Positions 43,090 to 58,191 of a stretch of 64,000 nucleotides of DNA are shown here, in pieces (the stretch's first letter is position 1; every line of letters begins with the position of its first letter). The stretch is from the human T2T-CHM13v2.0 reference genome, Homo sapiens. The notes under the pieces were generated by a model. It did no database searches. It was not told where the DNA came from and saw only the letters and a program-made list of their open reading frames with translations. Location of the stretch: assembly GCF_009914755.1 (NCBI RefSeq), contig NC_060928.1. One strand, 5' to 3'. A program made the position numbers and the translations under genes.

Positions 43090-43710
43090 TTATTGAGATA
43101 TAATGCACGATATCATGAAACTCATCTTTTCACATTGTAGGATTCAATGTTTTTTTTAGAATATTCTCACAAATGTGCAACCCTCACCATCTCATTTCTA
43201 AACATCAATTATTCCAAAAATAAATTTCATATCCACTTGTAGTCATTCTCCTATCCTCCTCTACCCCTAGCAACCTCTTAATCCAATATTTATCTCTATA
43301 GATTTCCCAATTCTAGGGGCTTTATATAAATAGTATATAAAACTTTATAACCTTTATATAAATAGTATAACTTTATATAAATAGTATGTGACCTATTGTG
43401 CTTGTCTTTCTTCACTTAGCATACTGTTTTTAAAGTTTAGTGACATTGCTGCATGTATCAGTAGTTCTTTCTTTTTTATGGCTAAATAAAATTCCATTGT
43501 GTAGACAGACCACATTGCATTTATCTATTTTTAGGTTGATGGACATTTGACTTGTTTGCACTTTTTGGCTAAGAATGTTGGTATTATAAACATTCGTGTA
43601 CACATTTTGTGTATGTATTTTTGTGTACATAAATGTCTTCAATTTTCTTGGGTATAAACTTAGGAGTGGAATTACTATGTTATATGGTGACTCTGTTTAA
43701 CTTTTTATTT
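43090..43710 (-). mobile_element. L1MB-like 3' end
   Basis: 'tttattgagatataat', 'ttcacttagcatactg', 'gttgatggacatttg'. Confidence 0.82.
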
Positions 43711-43809
43711 GACCTGCTGCTGAGTTAGGTCACATTTATTCTTTAATTGTTTGAGTATTTCCATGTCAGTATTGAACATTACATTTATTTCACTGTTAAA
43801 GATATCCCC

Positions 43810-44125
43810 AGCCTGGCGCAGCGACTCATGCCTGTACTCCCAGCACTTTTGGAGGCCTAGGTGGGTGGATTGCTTGAGCCCAGAAGTTCAAGATCAGCCT
43901 GGACAACATGGTGAAACCCCATCTCTAAAAAATAAAAATAAAAAAATACCAGAAATTTGTCAGGGCACGGTGCTATGCTCCTGTAGTCCCAGCTAATCAA
44001 GAGGCTGAGGTGGGAGGATCACCTGAATCTGGAAGGTAGAGGCTGCAGTGAGCTGTGATTGCATCATGTACTCCAGCCTGGGTGACAGAGCAAGACCCTG
44101 TCTCACAAAAAACACAAAAAGAAAA
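43810..44125 (+). mobile_element. AluJ
   Basis: 'gattgcttgagcccag', 'gaggtgggaggatcac'; aaaga(t/a)atccc-like flanks. Confidence 0.92.
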
Positions 44126-46537
44126 AAGAAATCCCCTGATCATATGACCCTCTATCCTACTATTTTCTTTTAGTGCTTAGTTGTCTAAAATTTTCATGCA
44201 TATTTATTATGTTTGTACTTTTTTCCCCAAATAGAATGTAAGATTCTGAAGAATGGGTTACTATTTATTATTATTATTTGTCAACACTATATTAAGAGTG
44301 TCTATTTTAGTGTTTGACACATACAGATGATAAATACTGATTGCCTAAAAAAGTAACCACAATCATTATTTTATTAGATTTACCATATTGCTTTATCTAT
44401 TACATACACTTAAAAATATGCATGTTGTTATTCAAAATACTAGCACTTTTTCTAACAGATCTTCTATTAAGGGACATATGCTACCTATCTTTTTCTTTGT
44501 CCACCTCAGTGAAATCTCTAATGACTTTCAAAAGGGCAGAAGTCAGTCATCAAGATGGAGATGAGGCAACGAAAGACTGAATAATTCACACCATGGATAT
44601 TCAATGCCTGAATGATGTACAGTGACTGTGTGTAAAGTCAAAGGAAAGGAGGTGGAGTTATTTGTAATAACCATTCCTTTTAATGAATTTATTTAGATAT
44701 TTTAAGTGTTCTCTGGAATCAGCTGACAATGTGAGGTTCCCAGAGACCAGGGGACACAATTCCTAATTAGGATGAGGAGGCTTAGCAGCCAACCTTGGAA
44801 CCGTGTACCATGCTCAGCCTCCGATATGGCTAAAATACAATCTCTTTGTACTCATGACACAGGGATCTATTCCACAACCAAAAATGCTGTTGAAATTTCT
44901 AGAGTTGGTTCATTTTCATAAGTGAAATTGACCACTTTTAAATCTGAGAGAACTAGAAAAGGAAGATGTTATTTGGGTCTGCAAGTCTGGTCTAGGCACG
45001 CTTTCTCTGCTTTTCCTATAAATACTGTTCCACTTATGACTCCTGTAGCAAATATCAGTTGAATTATAATTTACCATCACTATATTGCTGGTTTGTATTA
45101 AAAGAAAAAAAAAACCTTTGGTTAACATCTGAGTTTGGTTTGAGGGAAAGGATATTAATTAGATCAATAAGGAAAGAATCTCTCTATCCAGACCTATCGG
45201 AATGTAAAACTTGTAGTCCATGTTCAACAAATTTTTGCTAAAATTGAGGTAATAAGTTGAGTTAAACTGAACAGCTACACCTTCTGGAAAAAAAGTAAAA
45301 GGAGATAATCTTTTTTTTAAATAAGAAAAGAGTAGCATTAGAAGAATTCAGAATCAAAGAAAGGTTCTCCCATTCAACCTTCATTTGGCAAATACATGCT
45401 GTGTCTATTTGCATGATGGTGCACAATGTAATACCTGCTTAAGAGGAAATGAAAGAGTTCAATAGCAAAATCTCAGCAAGAAGGAAAACAGCTTTAATGC
45501 TTATTACTGAAGTTACAGTGAGCAAATGATGGTTGTAATACAAATGATTGTAGTTTGGGCATAAGTAGCGGGGGAATCCCATTCAGATGACACCCAACAT
45601 GAAAAAAACTCAACCTTTTACGGTGGCTTAGGCAGAAAGAAGGCCTTGGGTAGCAAGCAGTTGTATTCAGTGGGTTTGCTTGAGATAAAAACTAAACATT
45701 GAGAAATCTCTGTATTTCAGCAAAAAAGCTTAAATCTTACATAACAGATTGAGTAACGGAAGCTGTGGGAATACAATTAATGACAGCTTTCCACAAGACT
45801 TGGAAGTGCGTTAAAAGAGAGGGAAATGGTTTCTTAATGACTGTGGGCAGAGGCACTTTCACTATCTCAACTTGGATATATCTTTCCTGTGCCTTGATAA
45901 GAACATTGACATCAGAGCAAAGCTGTACTGTCCATCTATAGAAGTAGACTTGCAGTGTGTATATCCACAGGAACAGGAGGGATAAGCATCCGCATTGAGT
46001 TTAGAGTAAAGGGAAAGAGGCTGCTGCCGCAAAGAGCTCCAAGCCTTGGAGTCAGGACATTCTGATTAGCTCAAGAGAAAGAAAATAAGTGTTTCTGGGC
46101 TTGAGAAGAAAAAAGGAATTGAGAAGTTAAATGTTGTATGTCTCACCGTCCTTAACATCCAGTCTTTGTAGAAATAAATATGCATGTGTTCAAGATTTTC
46201 TCGGTTTTTAATATGATGGTTCAGATACTGACATGCTCAATAGCCCTGGGTTAGTACATAAGTCAATTCATTTATTCAGCACATATTTTTTAGCACATAC
46301 CATTGTTTTAAACTTTTCTAAGTACTATAAAATAGTGAAGAAAGTCAAGTTCCTGTCTTGATGGAGTTGACATTCTAATTAAAAAGAAAAATGTATTACA
46401 AAAAATTTATAGTACAAAAAATTTATTTAAAAACAGACAAGATAAAGCAAGGCAAAGGGTGGCAAAGTAGGTCATTATATTAGGTTAGACCAAAGTCCTT
46501 TTCTCTTCCATGCTTATCAAAATCACCAGATAAATGA

Positions 46538-46861
<324 letters not shown>

Positions 46862-48641
46862 ACCTTTTTTTTTTTTTTTCCTAAGAACTGATGTATAACT
46901 AAGATCCTGAGTAGAAGGCACTAGCTAAAGTTGATAATGAGTCTGTTCGGGTATTCTTCTCATTCTGGATGATGTACAAATTATATATGGATTTCTGTAA
47001 TATCTTAATACCTGCCATCCATATTCAACTCTAAGCTTTGCAAGAGCAGTTTCTGTGTCTGTCCATTATTAAATTCACAATGTTTATTAAGCTAAGAATT
47101 AATAACTGGAGGAACTGATGATAAATGAACGAATGAAATAATCTGAATATCACAGGCATCAATATTCTATGATAGTCTTGATACCATAGATGTCACATTT
47201 TTGAAATTAGAAACATGTGAAAAAATTCAATTTGCTTGGTATCCCCACCTACCCAAAGACAAAAAGGAAGGAGTCCAAACTCAGACATTTGTTTGGGCCT
47301 TCTGTTCCTTGACCGACTCTGTCCAAGAAAATGAGGATACACTCTTGCTTGCTTGTACTTTGCTAATACATTCCCTAGGTCCTAGCACTTGGTGTCTCCA
47401 AGCCCCTGTTTTCTAGCTTGGGTGGAGAGACATTCACTTAGGTTCTTGTGGCCTCTGCCCTAGTGCCCAGTGTTTAGATTCACCCACATGGTTATGCTAG
47501 CCCAACCAGTATCCATGGTGTTCATGGATAGTCAGTTTATTAACATTCTGTGGAAATTCCCAAGATCTTCTCAGCTGAAAGGATTGAACCAACTTTCTAA
47601 ATTGTATGCATTTTTCCCTCTCTGAGACAACATAGGCTAATGCTATCAAAAGCCGTACCCATTTGAATCATAAGACTACTCTACCAGTGGACATATCCTG
47701 ATGCTGAAACAAGAAAATAGAAGTGAGCACCATCAGGTGCCTGTAGCCAAATTTAGTTTTATACTATTATAGCTAATCTTATTACAAAATTATGTACTAC
47801 TTTTCTAATTCAAATAAAATGTCATAAAGTTGAGAGAAGCAAACAGTGCTACAAACTAATCTGATGTTTTATAAAATTAATACTTTTTAAAAGCATGAAA
47901 CATGATGAAAAATTCAAGCATAACTCACTCTTTGTCTGAATAAACAATAAACCCAAGAAGCATAAAAATGATATGTTTGAAGTGAATTAGGGAGAAATTT
48001 AACATAGTTTTTTCCTTTTTTTTTTTTTTTTTTGGTGTGTGGGTATAAACGTAACACTCCAGAAAAAGATGAGCATATAATTTGCAAATGGAAGAAAAAA
48101 ATAAATCATTTGAAATGCTTTGTCCATGGCTTCTACAGTTATTATACTTTTAGAAACATTTCCTAAGTCAGTAATTTAGCAGTACTACAAAGATGAATGT
48201 ACAAAGATTTTCATCTCACTTTTGTTAATCAAAGCAATGGAAACAAGCTAAATGCTCATCAATATTGGATAGGGTAGATAAATGATGGTTATTTGAGTAA
48301 TGGAATACTCTGTAGCCTGTATAGAATTTGATGCATACTTGTTTTTTACATTACATTGGAAAGATGTCCATACCATATTTCTGAGTGAAAAACAATGGAA
48401 TAATCTTACTTATAAAAATTATCTGTGAGAGGAGAAAGAGAAAAAAAAGAAGGCAGTAATAACATGAGCATGTTCCAGAAAGAAATCAAACAAATTCTGG
48501 AGGAGAATGCTTCTGTTAAATGACCCAACTAACTTGAAATCTGTCATTGATGATATTGTGGCTTTGAAGGAGTTTCTGCACTTAATGCAATTAACAGTTA
48601 TTGCTTATGTATATATTCAAAGGTTAATGTTTTTCTTGTAT

Positions 48642-48958
48642 TGCTATGGATTGAATTGTGTCTCCCCCAAATTAAAATGTCGAAGACCCAATCGCCAGTG
48701 GGAATAGGTTTGCAGATAGAGTCTTTGGGAGGTAATTTGTTTTAGATGGAGTCATAAGGGTGGGATGAGGGTCCTTATGAAGAGACTTGGGAGAGTTTGC
48801 TTCCTCTCTGCCCTCTCTGCCAACTAAGCACACAGTGAGAAGATGGCCGCCTGTCTGCAAACCAGGAAGGAAGACAGCTCTCACCAGAGAAACAAGTTGG
48901 TCAGCACTTCATCTTGGACTCTCCAGCCTCCAGAGTTGTTAGAAATAAAGTCATGTTG
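48642..48958 (+). mobile_element. MLT1A-like LTR (3' end interrupted)
   Basis: 'tgctatggattgaattgtgtctcccc...tcttggactctccagcctccaga...agaaataaa'. Confidence 0.82.
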
Positions 48959-49619
<661 letters not shown>

Positions 49620-49869
49620 GCAGCCTCCGTTAAGATAGAAATCTGTTTTGAAATGTTAAAGGAAATGTCTCTTAACCTAGCCACATAAAATTTTCTAACT
49701 GCTGCAAAACCACATTTAGAATTCTAAGATAAACCTTCTGATTTAAACTATAACTATAAAACAGAGATAATTTCAGCACTATTTAAATCATTTCAGAGCC
49801 TTACACGCAGTGTACATAACTTGACAGTAAACTCCAACAAAAACCACAAACAGAAAAAAATGTCAATTT

Positions 49870-51119
49870 GAGAAGTGTCTGTTCATATCCTCTGCCCACT
49901 TTTTGATGGGGTTGTTTGTTTTTTTCTTGTAAATTTGTTTGAGTTCATTGTAGATTCTGGATTTTAGCCCTTTGTCAGATGAGTAGATTGCGAAAATTTT
50001 CTCCCTTTCTGGAGGTTGCCTGTTCACTCTGATGGTAGTTTCTTTTTCTGTGCAGAAGCTCTTTAGTTTAATTAGATCCCGTTTGTCAATTTTGGCTTTT
50101 GCTGCCATTGCTTTTGGTGTTTTAGACATGAAGTCCTTGCCCATGCCTATGTCCTGAATGGTACTGCCTAGGTTTTCTTCTAGGGTTTTTATGGTGTTAG
50201 GTCTAACGTTTAAGTCTTTAATCCATCTTGAATTAATTTTCGTATAAGGTGTAAGGAAGGGATCCAGTTTCAGCTTTCTATATATGGCTAGCCAGTTTTC
50301 CCAGCACCATTTATTAAATAGGGAATCCTTTCCCCATTTCTCAAAGACACATGAAAAAATGCTCATCATCACTGGCCATCAGAGAAATGCAAATCAAAAC
50401 CACAATGAGATACCATCTCACACCAGTTAGAATGGCAATCATTAAAAAGTCAGGAAACAACAGGTGCTGGAGATGATGTGGAGAAATAGGAACACTTTTA
50501 CACTGTTGGTGGGACTGTGAACTAGTTCAACCATTGTGGAAGTCAGTGTGGTGATTCCTCAGGGATCTAGAACTAGAAATACCATTTGATGCAGCCATCG
50601 CATTACTGGGTATATAACCAAAGGATTATAAATCACGCAGCTATAAAGAAACATGCACACGTATGTTTATTGCGGCACTATTCACAATAGCAAAGACTTG
50701 GAACCAACCCAAATGTCCAACAACGATAGACTGCATTAAGAAAATGTGGCACATATACACCATGGAATACTATGCAACCATAAAAAATGATGAGTTCATG
50801 TCCTTTGTAGGGACATAGATGAAGCTGGAAACCATCATTCTCAGCAAACCATCGCAAGGACAAAAAACCAAACACCACATGTTCTCGCTCATAGGTGGGA
50901 ATTGAACAATGAGAACACACGGACACAGGAAGGGGAACATCACACACTGGGGCCTGTTTTGGGGTGGGGGGAGGAGGGAGGGATAGCATTAGGAGATATA
51001 CCTAATGCTAAATGACGAATTAATGGGTGCAGCACACCAACATGGCACATGTATACATATGTAACAAACCTGCAGGTTGTGCACATGTACCCTAAAACTT
51101 AAAGTATTAAAAAAAAAAA
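49870..51119 (+). mobile_element. L1PA3/4-like insertion with 5' inversion (twin priming)
   Basis: 49867-50341 is antisense ORF2 ([16 protein letters not shown]... in ORF 49863..50372); 50342-51119 is sense ORF2 end, 3'UTR and poly(A). Confidence 0.95.
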
Positions 51120-52116
51120 GACGAGATATGAAACCCACTGACAAAGATAACATTGGCATTTTATCAGATAGCATGCTACAGTTTCATCCTCTCATTCAAG
51201 CTAAATAACAACACCTTTGCTGTTAGATTAACTTTTGAGCAGATTAAAATGTACCTTTTGTTTTACTTGTTTGGAAAATTTTGTAAGTTTTTGCTTATCT
51301 TTGCAAAAATTTTGCGTATTTACCAAGAATGAGCATGAATTTCTGCCTGAAAAAATGGGAGTGAAGCATAAGCATAACAGATTTTTTTATATTCTGTAAA
51401 AAAAAATGTCAATTTATTGAATGAAAAAAATCTCTATTTTGAGCAATTACAATATTCCAGGCATAATTTTCAGTGCAATGGTTTTAGGAGAAGACTAAAG
51501 TGATAGCAATAACTCCCTTTGGACCTTTTATTGTAATGAGAGGAAACAGCCAAAATTAATTAAATAAAAAAGAATTTGATGGAAAAATTATAAACAGAAT
51601 TTTAGCAAGCAGATTTTAACAGTATTTTAAAACCAGGGCATCATTACATAATATTCAGGAAGATAAGAATGAATCAAAATGAAGAAATGCTTTAATATAA
51701 ATAACCATATTACTAAGTAACAGAAAAATATGATTACATGTATAGATATTAAAGTAGCCTTTGATAAAATTCAACATCAATTATTGATTAAAAAATAAAC
51801 TAAGAATATAAGTATTCCTCAGATAATCCAAAATTTTCATTTCAGCCTTAAAGCCAACATCCACAGAAGAAAAACAACATAATATTCTTACTAAAGTCAA
51901 GAACAAGAATGCGCACTGTTAATTATATTTCTGAACACAAGCAAACAGCAAGATAAATAGGTCATGGAAATCATTTACAAGTATACAAATGAGAAAGTAG
52001 GAATTAAAACAGTCACTACTGGCAGGAAAATTATTGTTTATCTGGAAAGCTGAAGATAATCAACTGAAAAATAATTGCAACTAATTAGAGAATTCAGTCA
52101 CATAGTGGGGTACTAT

Positions 52117-52122
52117 CATCTA

Positions 52123-52164
<42 letters not shown>

Positions 52165-52176
52165 CTATCTATCTAT
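52117..52176. repeat. (ATCT)n tetranucleotide repeat
   Basis: Direct reading. Confidence 0.95.
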
Positions 52177-53472
52177 ATTTACATGTAGGTACCATAGCAA
52201 GTATTATAATTTTGGACAGGAACATTAAATGTTGTAAGTAATTCAAATTAACCCAAATTAAGCTGTAAATGTAATATTATTTCTATAAAAATGCCAATAA
52301 TTTTTGTCTTTTAATTTTAATTAGATAAAATGATTCTAAATAATAAAAAGCAAATAGCATTAATATGAGCCCATTCAGTGGGATCACTGAATAAGATAAA
52401 ATCACTGTAAACCTAAAAGGCCAAATTTTCTGTTCTCGTTAATAATTGGTCTAAAATATCATAAAGTTTATGGACTCTTTTGAAAATCAGTTTTGAAGAA
52501 CTGTCCATCTAAAACACTTGATACCAAAAAGAGAATTTTGTTTAAACCACAGAATGATAAGATCAGCCTTAAGTTGGGGTGGGGTAGAAAAAGGAACCTG
52601 TATGTGTATAAAGGTAAATATCTGATCAGAGAACACAGAAACAAAATTTTTCTCAAAAATTAAGGAAATTGCTTGGAATTTTTTTTTCTAATGGTAAAAG
52701 GATTGTGATTGTACACCATCTCTACTGCATGAATCAGATAAATATAATTAAACCAGGGAAGACAAGTCTGATAGGATGGAAGAAAGATATTCTTGCTCGA
52801 CACTAGGAATCAATTTGCAGATAAGAAAAGCCATATAAAGGTTTTTATGGTCACTTTAGCTTCAAGTCCTAGAGCCCTAATGTCTCATCAAAGCTGAAGG
52901 GATTTCTTATTAAGATTTTTAAGGTTAAGTTACATCCAAAGATCATTATTATCAAAATTTATAAACCCTGCCATAGAATAAATTTATAGCAGCTAAAATT
53001 ATGATAATATAATTATCATCAATAAGAAAGTATGTATTTTCTGAAATAAATGTACTTATATACAATTAAAAATAAAATAAAAAATATTTTTTCTGATAAA
53101 AATAAATGAGTCAAGAATATCCAGAAAAATATAAGAATCAAAATTAGTAATGAATAAAGACTACCTGAGCAGATATTAAAACTATTAAAAAGACACCATT
53201 GTTAAAACAGTATTTGAACTGCTACATGAATTTAAACGACATTAAATAACTAGAATAGAAAGACTAGAAATAGGCCTATATCCATATAGAAATTTGTTAC
53301 CACAAAAGCAAAGTCTAAAATAATTTGGAGAATTATTGGTTCTTAAATTCTTATAGGCAAGCCCAATAGTTCTATTTCTAGAAATTAATTCTGTAGATGA
53401 ATCAATGTACAAGGTACAAGATTACTCATTCCAACATTATTTTGATTAAAACAAACTGAAAACTGCCTAAAG

Positions 53473-53696
53473 CAAGCCTGTACAACTCACGGGCCTGTGA
53501 GCCACAGCGGCCCAGGACATCTTTGAATGCAGCCCAACACAAATTTGTAAAATTTCTTAAAACACTATGAGATTTGTTTGCGATTTTTTTTTTTTTTAGC
53601 TCATCAGCTATCTTTAGTGTTTGTGTATTTTATGTGTGGCTCAAGACAATTCTCCTTCCAGTGTGGCCCAGGGAAGTGAAAAGATTGGACACCCCG
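53473..53696. mobile_element. MER30 (hAT-Charlie) MITE
   Basis: 'ctttgaatgcagcccaacacaaa...agctcatcagctat...aaagattggacacccc'; 8-bp TSD gcctaaag/gcctaaat. Confidence 0.9.
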
Positions 53697-55781
53697 GCCT
53701 AAATGTTCATATGTATGATTTATTAAGTCATGGTGTACACATATAATGTAATATAAAGAAAAATAAGGAGCACTGATGTAATTGATGGAAAGATCTCCAA
53801 TATTTACAGAGTGAAACTGTAAGGTACAGGTGGATATCTATAGTGAGATATTATATATTGGTTTATTATATTTTTATAATTATTTATACACTTATTTATA
53901 ATTTTGATTATTAAACTTATGAACATATTACCTAGAAAATAAAGTAAAATAAAATGAAAACACTAGTGATTTTCCCAAGAAGCATAATAGTAATAATAAC
54001 AACCTCAAAGAACATGGGAAAACTCAGGCTTATATGAATGTCCTTGTCACTCAGTTGAGATTAAATCCAAGTCTGTCTGATGTATTGAATCCATGTGGTG
54101 CACTTTTATGAGGCTGATGTCCCTCAGAGCTCAGCAAGGGAGCCTGCGACCATGGGGATCTTTGGGCACACACCAACTTCCCCCTTCTATCCATTTTGCT
54201 TCTGAAAGGGCTTCTCCACTAAGTAGGAAATTGCTTATTTCATAACTGTTATTTTTCTAGCAATACTCAGTAAACTAAAATGACATTTTAATAAGATAGT
54301 CCCTATTGCCAGAAAATTGGGTATTTAGGGAATTTTCAGAACACGTATTTACTATAACTGATAGAGCAGAACAGCTTTTATAATATGCATTTTCTGAATG
54401 GAAAAACACGCATTTACACAAATAAATGTTTACAAGCCCAGGTTTGAAAATGAGTCTCAGATATATATTATTCATTATAAAGACCTTCCTTCCACCTACA
54501 GCCCCCCAAATCAGGTAAGGGGAAAAGAACTGCATTAATTGGGTTCACGTTTAATTTGAAATCAGTGCCCTCAAGTGTTTTCTCTTATAAGACATGTTTT
54601 TTCTTCCCAAATTCAGTGTGAAAAGTTAAAGCAGAAAAGATTTTTTTCAGTACTTTTTACAGAAAGGCACTTCAATAATTGATGTTAAGGATTTTCATGA
54701 ACCAGGATCAAAAAAATACATGAATCGCCTTTTGTTTTATGAGAATTAAAGAGCAAAGTGAAAGCAGTAGTAATTCCCTTTGGAAGTAAAGGGTTTTTTG
54801 GTCAGATGAGGAAAGGGAACACAGTATGGTGAAATTGTAGAGATGGAAGACAGATGTAACAATTTTTCCCTTTAGCCTCTCTCATGCTTTCAGAAGATAG
54901 AAACACTTATCAAGCCAAGAAGTCTCCAGGCTCAGACGGATCAAAGTTTGTCTATCTGGGTTTGAAATTAATATCTGCAGAAGTTTCATGTTCTTGCTAA
55001 TTTGCAATCCATCAAATCAGGTTGAGAAAAACTATCCAGAAATCATCTACACAACAGTAAGTCACACTCCTATACAGGGCACTGTTTTCTTTTAATTATG
55101 GGGCTTGCTTTAAAGATCACTTGATAAAGTGGAAAAGGACTTTAGAAGCTACCTGATCAACTCTTCTCATCTTATACTAAAGAAGCTGAGACTCATAATA
55201 AAGAATGGTGACCTGGTCACTGAGATGAACACAGATCTAGACCCAGACTTCTGCATTTCCAGGTTGCTCCCTCCTGCCCTCCACTGCAGCAGTTTTCCAG
55301 ACTAGCCCCATCAAAGCCACTGCACAATACAGTGGCACCACCGCGAGGGAGCAGAGCATAAATGACTTTGGTTCCCAGAATTCACTCTCACTCACCCCCT
55401 CTTCAACACAGAAACGCAATTAAACTTTAAGTGTTTTACATAGCAAATTCATGAGTGAGAATTTATTGGAAAGTAAAATACTAGGATTATTATTTTTAAT
55501 AGGTTCCTAATAACATTTCTTTTAAGTCACAAGAAATTGCTGATATTCAACTAGTTGACCTACAAAATAAAAAAGAAAAAGAAGGAAAAAGGAAATCCAA
55601 GAAATAAAGAGAGAAGGAAAAAGTAGTGTAATATGGTTCAAGTTACAAATACATCTTAGAGTATTAAAACGTAGGCGAAAGATGCTGAAGCTCTTGAATA
55701 TCAGCTTCAGTTCTGTTTAGTGACCTAACATTACCTTAATCTCATCGCTAGCTTAATTCTTTATTAATTTATTGATCCTTT

Positions 55782-55886
55782 CCTTCCTGTTTAAGTCTCT
55801 CCAAATCATAATATGACCTTCCCGTTTAAGTCCTCTCTAAATCATAATATTTCCTTCCTGTTTAAGTCTCTCTAAGTAATAGTATG
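55782..55886 (+). repeat. 35-36-bp minisatellite, 3 copies
   Basis: ccttccYgtttaagtc... at 55782, 55817 and 55853. Confidence 0.9.
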
Positions 55887-56496
55887 GCCTCACTTGCTAT
55901 ATACATAAAGACGGTCATCAGCAACTCATCTCAGGCCCATCTATCCCTAGTGTAATAGGGATAGATCCATTTTATCAAATATATATATATATGCACACGT
56001 GTGTGTGTGTGTGTGTGTGTGTGTATACAGGGATTTTAACAGTCATTATTTCAAAGCATATTTCTCTTTTCTTAAACTATTCCCAATACTCCAAATCTAC
56101 CACAGAGTTTATCTCTTTGCCTCTGATAAGAACTTTTAAAAGCATACTTCCTGTCTTTATCACTCTACTGAGACTTGCTTTCCATGACAGCCAAGTATTC
56201 TTCAAGGTGTCACATGTAGCCCCAAATCTAAAGCCCTTATATGATTGTTCCTCTCAATAGCAGCCTTTAAGGCCCTAAGAAAGACCAGTAAATAATATAT
56301 AGAATGGAAATCTGACTGTGTGGGCTCAAGACCCAGCTGTCATTTACTAGAGGTGTAAGCTTGGTCAAATTAGCTTTTCTATGCCTCTCTCTCCTCCTGT
56401 GTAGATTGTGGACAATTATACTTACACAATAGGGTGGGTTGTAAGGACTGTCATATACAAGAGACTCTGAACAACATCATCCTTTCTCTTGTACAG

Positions 56497-57063
56497 TGTC
56501 AAAGATAAACAAAACTGAACACTGATTACAGTGATAAGTATAGATTTTATACAATAATGATTGCAATAAGGAAAAGGATTCAGCATGATCTGAACTCAAC
56601 TTTCCTGAAACAAAGGCCTGGAGACTTTTTAAAGGCTGGTATGCCCTTTAGGAAGGGCATTGAAAGTTTTCAAGGAAGATTGATTCGTGTGAAAAGGCCA
56701 GTTGGATTTGTGAATTGGTGCTTATCTGGAGAAGAAACAAACGTCTCCTATCTTTATCACAGAGGTCTGTGGTGTAAGTTAAGGTGTTAAGGTCTATGGA
56801 GCTAGGTGTGTGCATTTCAAAGAAAATAGATGGTTCTTTGTTATTTCAAGTTTTTTTTTTATTGTTTTCTAAGAGAGAGTTGAGAGACCTATCTATCTAT
56901 CACTTAGCTTTAATTGGAACAGATATAAATTATCCTGTTATCCTGGCAGTTTTGAGCTTTCTCAGACAGGCTTGTTAAGAGAAAGGGGGATAGGCATGGA
57001 GTCTTCCTAGGGACTTGACCTTAAGTTGCCAAAAGCCATGCTAGAGTCTGGGTAAATCTCTCA
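56497..57063 (-). mobile_element. ERV1 solo LTR (MER67-like)
   Basis: TG...CA termini 'tgtcaaagataaac' and 'gggtaaatctctca'; family name from memory. Confidence 0.65.
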
Positions 57064-57067
57064 GTGC

Positions 57068-58191
57068 AGAGGCTTCCATGTGGTGTTGAGCCTGTGGTTG
57101 CACAGAAGTCAAGAATTGGGGTTTGGGAACCTCCATCTAGATTTCCGAAGATTTACAGAAATGCCTGGATTTCCAGGCAGAAGTCTGCAGCAGGGGTGGG
57201 GCACTTATGGAGAACTTCTGCTAGGGCAGTGTGGAAGGGAAATGTAGGCCTGAGGCCCCACACAGAGTCTGTACTGGGGCACTGCCTAGTGGAGCTTCGA
57301 GAAGAGGGCCACTGTCCTCCACACCTTAGAATGGTAGATCCACCAACAGCTTGGACAGTGCACCTGGAAAAGCCAGAGACGCTCAACACCAACCCATGAA
57401 AGCAGCCAGAAGTGAGGCTGTACCCTGCAAAGCCATAAGGACAGAGCTTCTCAAGACCATGGGAACCCATCTCTTGCAAAAGTGTGACCTGGATATGAGA
57501 CATAAAGTCAAAGGAGGTCATTTTGGAGCTTTAAGATTTTACTGCCCCACTGGATTTCAGACTTGCATGGGGCCTCTAGGCCCTTCGTTTTGGCCAAGTT
57601 CTCCCATTTGGAATGGCTGTATTTACCCAATGCCTGTACCTCTATTGTATCAAGGAAGCAACTAATTAACTTTTGATATTATAGGCTCACACATAGGCAG
57701 AAGGGACTTGCCTTGTATCAGATACGACTTTGCACTGTGGACTTTTGAGTTAATGCTGAAATGAGTTTAGACTTTGCAGGACTGTTGGGAAGTCATGATT
57801 GGTTTTGAAATGTGAGAACATGAGATTTGGAAGGGGCCAAGGGCAGAATGATATGGTTTGGCTGTGTCCCGACCCAAATCTCTCCGTGAATTGTAATAAT
57901 CTCCACAAGTCAAGGGCACGGCCAGGTGGAGATAATTGAATCACTGGGGCGGTCTCCCCCTATCTCATGGTAGTAAGTCTCATGAGATCTGATGATTTTA
58001 CAAATGGGAATTCCCTTGCACAAGCTCTCTTGTCTCCTGCCATGTAAGGTATCTTGCTTCCCCTTCACTTTCCACCATGGTTGTGAAGCCTCCCCTGCCA
58101 TGTGGAACTGTGAGTCCATTAAACCTCTTTCCTAGATAAGTGACCCAGTCCCTGGTGTATCTTCATTAGCAGCATGAGAACAAACTAATAT
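57068..58191 (+). mobile_element. THE1 element: 3' part of internal region plus 3' LTR (57849-58191)
   Basis: 'gcacagaagtcaagaattg', PPT 'ggaaggggccaagggcagaa', 'tgatatggtttggctgtgtcc...ccattaaacctc'. Confidence 0.92.

Noticed and set aside
43320-43390. Repeated ctttatataaatagtat units
   Set aside because: Low-complexity slippage inside an old L1
44700-46170. Possible ancient LTR fragments (also ~28960-29600 and ~61750-62250)
   Set aside because: No family or termini assignable with confidence from sequence alone
49863-50372. 169-aa ORF
   Set aside because: L1 ORF2 fragment whose ATG comes from antisense L1 across the inversion junction; not a gene
57064-57665. Several ORFs longer than 100 aa
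   Set aside because: THE1 internal region, frameshifted
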